Source: Octopus bimaculoides (Eukaryota). Taken from it: a DNA stretch of 48,562 nucleotides. Position numbers and translations under genes: made by a program. The DNA lies in the NCBI RefSeq assembly GCF_001194135.2, contig NC_068981.1, positions 87,473,046 through 87,521,607 on the forward strand, given 5' to 3'. This document shows positions 46,101 through 48,562 of the stretch, in pieces. Each line of letters starts with the position of its first letter. Positions within the stretch are counted from its first letter, which is position 1. The notes under the pieces are model-generated. The model had not been told where the DNA came from. It did not search any database and was given only the letters and a program-made list of their open reading frames with translations.

Positions 46101-48017
46101 CATTTGTAATCTAAAGTCTAGCCAGCAAGAAACAGTCATGTCAGCAAACTGCGCTCTTTGGTTATCATCAAGTTTACATAAATTATCTTCTTGGAATCTG
46201 GAATGACATGTATGCAAATATAAAACTATGGTATTTGTATTTGTTTAAGCTGATCACTTCTCAGAAATTTTAAAGTAAATTTTTTGTGTGCCTCTCTTTA
46301 CCTAATGCTGCTTCTGTTTCATTAAAGGTTTTCACCAAACATGTCACCCGTTCATATTTCATGTGCATATTGGGCATGTGTGAGCATATGCTCCCTTCCT
46401 TTGTCCTTTAATATTTAGGCACTTTTTCAAATTCTTAACACTTAACCTGTTAATTTCCCACAGCATATCCAACAAATTATATATACTGAATCAGTTACTT
46501 TCCTATTGAAGCTAGAGTTTAGCTAGAGTTTAGCTTGCATAAAATATTACTCGCTTCAATCTCAATTAAAGTAATTTTATATATGTAAATTATAAACCCT
46601 GACATTTGCATATGTAAAATAAAAAGTCAGATCTTACAAAATTAAAAGAAAATTTAGGATGAAAGTAAATGTTGTCAATATGTTGTCTCAAATCTATACA
46701 AATATATAGCTTTACAACCTTCCTACATATAAGTGAATAATGAGTATATAAAATATATATGAGATCTGATCAATAAGTAGCCAGACCGTTGCCATAGTAA
46801 CAAAGCTAAAGCACGCAGAGTGAAGTTGCTAGGCAAAGATTGACCTTGCACTCTGCTGTGCATGCGCACTAAGTTTTAACATTCTACCTCATTTTCGCCG
46901 TTTAGAACAGCGCTTGGAAGGAAGGTGTATAGTATGTGATCATCACACTGACCATGATAGAGAAAGTTGTCATGGCGATACCTGCTCAGAGGCCTAGTAT
47001 CTGAGGCCTCTGATACTAAGTTGCAGAAAGTGTATGGAGAGGAGTCTATGAGCTTCATACAAGTGTACAAGTGAGTCAGACATATCCAAGATGGCCAAAA
47101 AAATGTCAATATTGACAAACGTTCTGAGAGACCTGCAACCAGCAGAACTGAGAAAAACATCACAGATGTGTGGGCAGCTGTGAGGGAAAAATCATCGAAT
47201 TGCCATCCATTAGTTATCAGAGGATGTGCAGATTAGTTATGGTTCATTTCAGTCCATTATCACTGAAGATTTGGGTATAAGATGCATATCTGCCAGGTTT
47301 GTGCCAAAACTGTTTTCAGCTGACCAAAAGCACACACAGATTTCAGTTGCACAAGATCTCCTTGATCGTGTCGAGAACGATGAAAATTTTTTGAAAACTT
47401 TGAGTAGGATTCTGAGCAGGTACTACGAAGCTTTTGGCAAAATTTGATGCAGACTCTCCACTCAACTTTCTCTGTCATGTTGAATGCGACAATCACACGC
47501 TACACCCCTTCTTTTTAAGCACTGCTGTAAACAGCAGAAGTTATCTAGAACATTAAAACTTAGTGCATATGCACAGCTGAGTTCAAGGTGAATCTGTGTC
47601 AAGCGGCTTCACTCTGAATGCTTTAGCTTCGTTACTATGGCAACAGTCTGGACAGTTATTGATCAGACCACATAAATGTAAAATAGAAAGTATATTTTTA
47701 TACCACTACAGGAAAAGAGACATTGGACAATGTAGCTTGAGATATATTATTCCTGAAAATAAGACAGAATGGTTAAAGCTGGATGCTTTACATTCTACAT
47801 GGTATGTTTGTTTAGGGCTTACTGAGGGACTAAACAACTAAACCATCAATCATATATGTGTATATCAAGTAAGTGGACTGTAAACTAACCTGAAACTTTC
47901 TCTGAATGCTCGAATTACTGATAATCCTGACACTGTTTCTGAGAACTGAGCATAGATATGTGACTGGGTAATACTGGAAATTCGCTTTATTTCCCGGGAA
48001 GTGTAACGATAATATTG
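38817..48017 (-). CDS. ABCC10: ABC transporter C family member 10 (MRP7), 3' part: end of TMD2 plus NBD2, 6 exons, 401 aa in window
   Basis: complement(join(47890..48017,46028..46197,42583..42743,41177..41430,39475..39721,38817..39062)); GT-AG introns with consistent phases; Walker [43 protein letters not shown]; [37 protein letters not shown] resembles ABCC10. Confidence 0.88.
39475..39721 (-). CDS. ABCC10: ABCC10 exon containing the Q-loop and signature motif
   Basis: tttcag acceptor and gtaaat donor; 247 nt. Confidence 0.95.
40071..41120 (+). mobile_element. Decayed Tc1/mariner-superfamily transposon of the DD41D (rosa/VS) type; 3' TIR missing
   Basis: TA-CAGGGTGTCCC 5' end; ATG at 40168; [28 protein letters not shown]; 41 codons counted between the 2nd and 3rd catalytic Asp. 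Confidence 0.85.
41177..41430 (-). CDS. ABCC10: ABCC10 exon containing NBD2 Walker A
   Basis: ttttcag acceptor and gtaagt donor; 254 nt; [23 protein letters not shown]. Confidence 0.95.
41540..41725 (+). mobile_element. RTE/SINE tail copy
   Basis: GCATTAGGAAGGGCATCCAGC...CCAACATGGAA...(GAT)n. Confidence 0.7.
41767..42247. mobile_element. hAT-type MITE carrying a nested piggyBac MITE (41941-42161, TTAA TSDs)
   Basis: CAGTGGTTCTCAACC ... GGTTGAGAAACAGTC termini; nested TTAA-CCCTTTAG...CTAAAGGG-TTAA. Confidence 0.8.
42271..42498 (-). mobile_element. piggyBac-type MITE, inverted relative to the 41937-42165 copy
   Basis: TTAA-CCCTTTT ... AAAGGG-TTAA; its reverse complement aligns along the whole 41937 copy. 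Confidence 0.85.
42583..42743 (-). CDS. ABCC10: ABCC10 exon ([11 protein letters not shown]...[23 protein letters not shown])
   Basis: tttgcag acceptor and gtaaat donor; 161 nt. Confidence 0.92.
43310..43670 (-). mobile_element. Degenerate RTE-like LINE C-terminal fragment
   Basis: ..[17 protein letters not shown].. resembles the RTE E.FQRRCLR..QLRW.GH pattern. Confidence 0.45.
44640..45030 (+). mobile_element. RTE-clade LINE reverse-transcriptase fragment
   Basis: [38 protein letters not shown]/..[31 protein letters not shown]. Confidence 0.92.
46028..46197 (-). CDS. ABCC10: ABCC10 exon ([17 protein letters not shown]...HHFQTSNV)
   Basis: ttccag acceptor and gtaagt donor; 170 nt. Confidence 0.92.
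46760..47672. mobile_element. Fold-back mariner derivative: both ends are the element's 5' end (long inverted arms), TA TSDs
   Basis: TA-TGAGATCTGATCAATAAG / TTATTGATCAGACCACA-TA; + strand carries the transposase N-terminus (ISARFVPKL); - strand carries a second start, [17 protein letters not shown]. Confidence 0.85.
47890..48017 (-). CDS. ABCC10: ABCC10 exon ([42 protein letters not shown])
   Basis: ctctctttag acceptor and gttagt donor; 128 nt. Confidence 0.9.
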
Positions 48018-48490
48018 CTAAAGAGAGGAAAATACATATGGAGAGATATATGTACATGTAGCAAAGGAAAAAATATTTGATTTCATCAGTACCTCAAAAT
48101 ACTTTGAAAAGTATATAGTAGAAATATATATATTTTAAATCTTACTTTTGTTTGTTTAGACACGCAACTAATAATTACAATGTAAAACTTAATCTTCCAA
48201 TCAGCAGAATTTATAAATATTTGTAATCATTTCATTTTACTGAGATTATTTATGTCCTTAGACAAGCATGTTGGAGCATTTCTTCCTTTCCTTAACTCTG
48301 CATACACAGCAAATCAGCCTGGTGTGAGGTAACTTTCCACAAACCAAGGCATGGAACAAATAACCCCACTTGTATGACAGAGAAGCCATTTACAACCATC
48401 ATGTGATGTCTGGGCAAGGATACACACAAACATACACACACACATATACATGCATACATTACATAGATATTCAAAATATATATACATCCA

Positions 48491-48494
<4 letters not shown>

Positions 48495-48562
<68 letters not shown>
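48495..48562. repeat. (TA)n microsatellite
   Basis: Direct reading. Confidence 0.95.

Overview
AT-rich eukaryotic genomic DNA with five N-gaps. The SINE, RTE and MITE content and the (TA)n tracts suggest an octopus or other coleoid cephalopod (inference). Two spliced genes lie tail-to-tail. On + is a complete 11-exon TPR gene of 399 aa matching the Acl4 family (assembly chaperone of ribosomal protein L4), 14854-34620. On - are the last 6 exons of ABCC10/MRP7, 48017-38817. A probable third gene, with a signal-peptide-like N-terminus, runs off the left edge on -. The rest is mostly transposon debris: tRNA-derived SINEs, RTE and HERO-like LINE fragments, mariner and DD41D remnants, and hAT and piggyBac-type MITEs. 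The most notable observation is two unrelated hammerhead-ribozyme-like families. One is an apparently intact G3-C8 core variant inside a 142-bp insertion with a 9-bp TSD (5149-5290). The other is three decayed tandem canonical copies on the sense strand of ACL4 intron 8 (29188-30478). All calls were made by eye, with no database searches or folding software.
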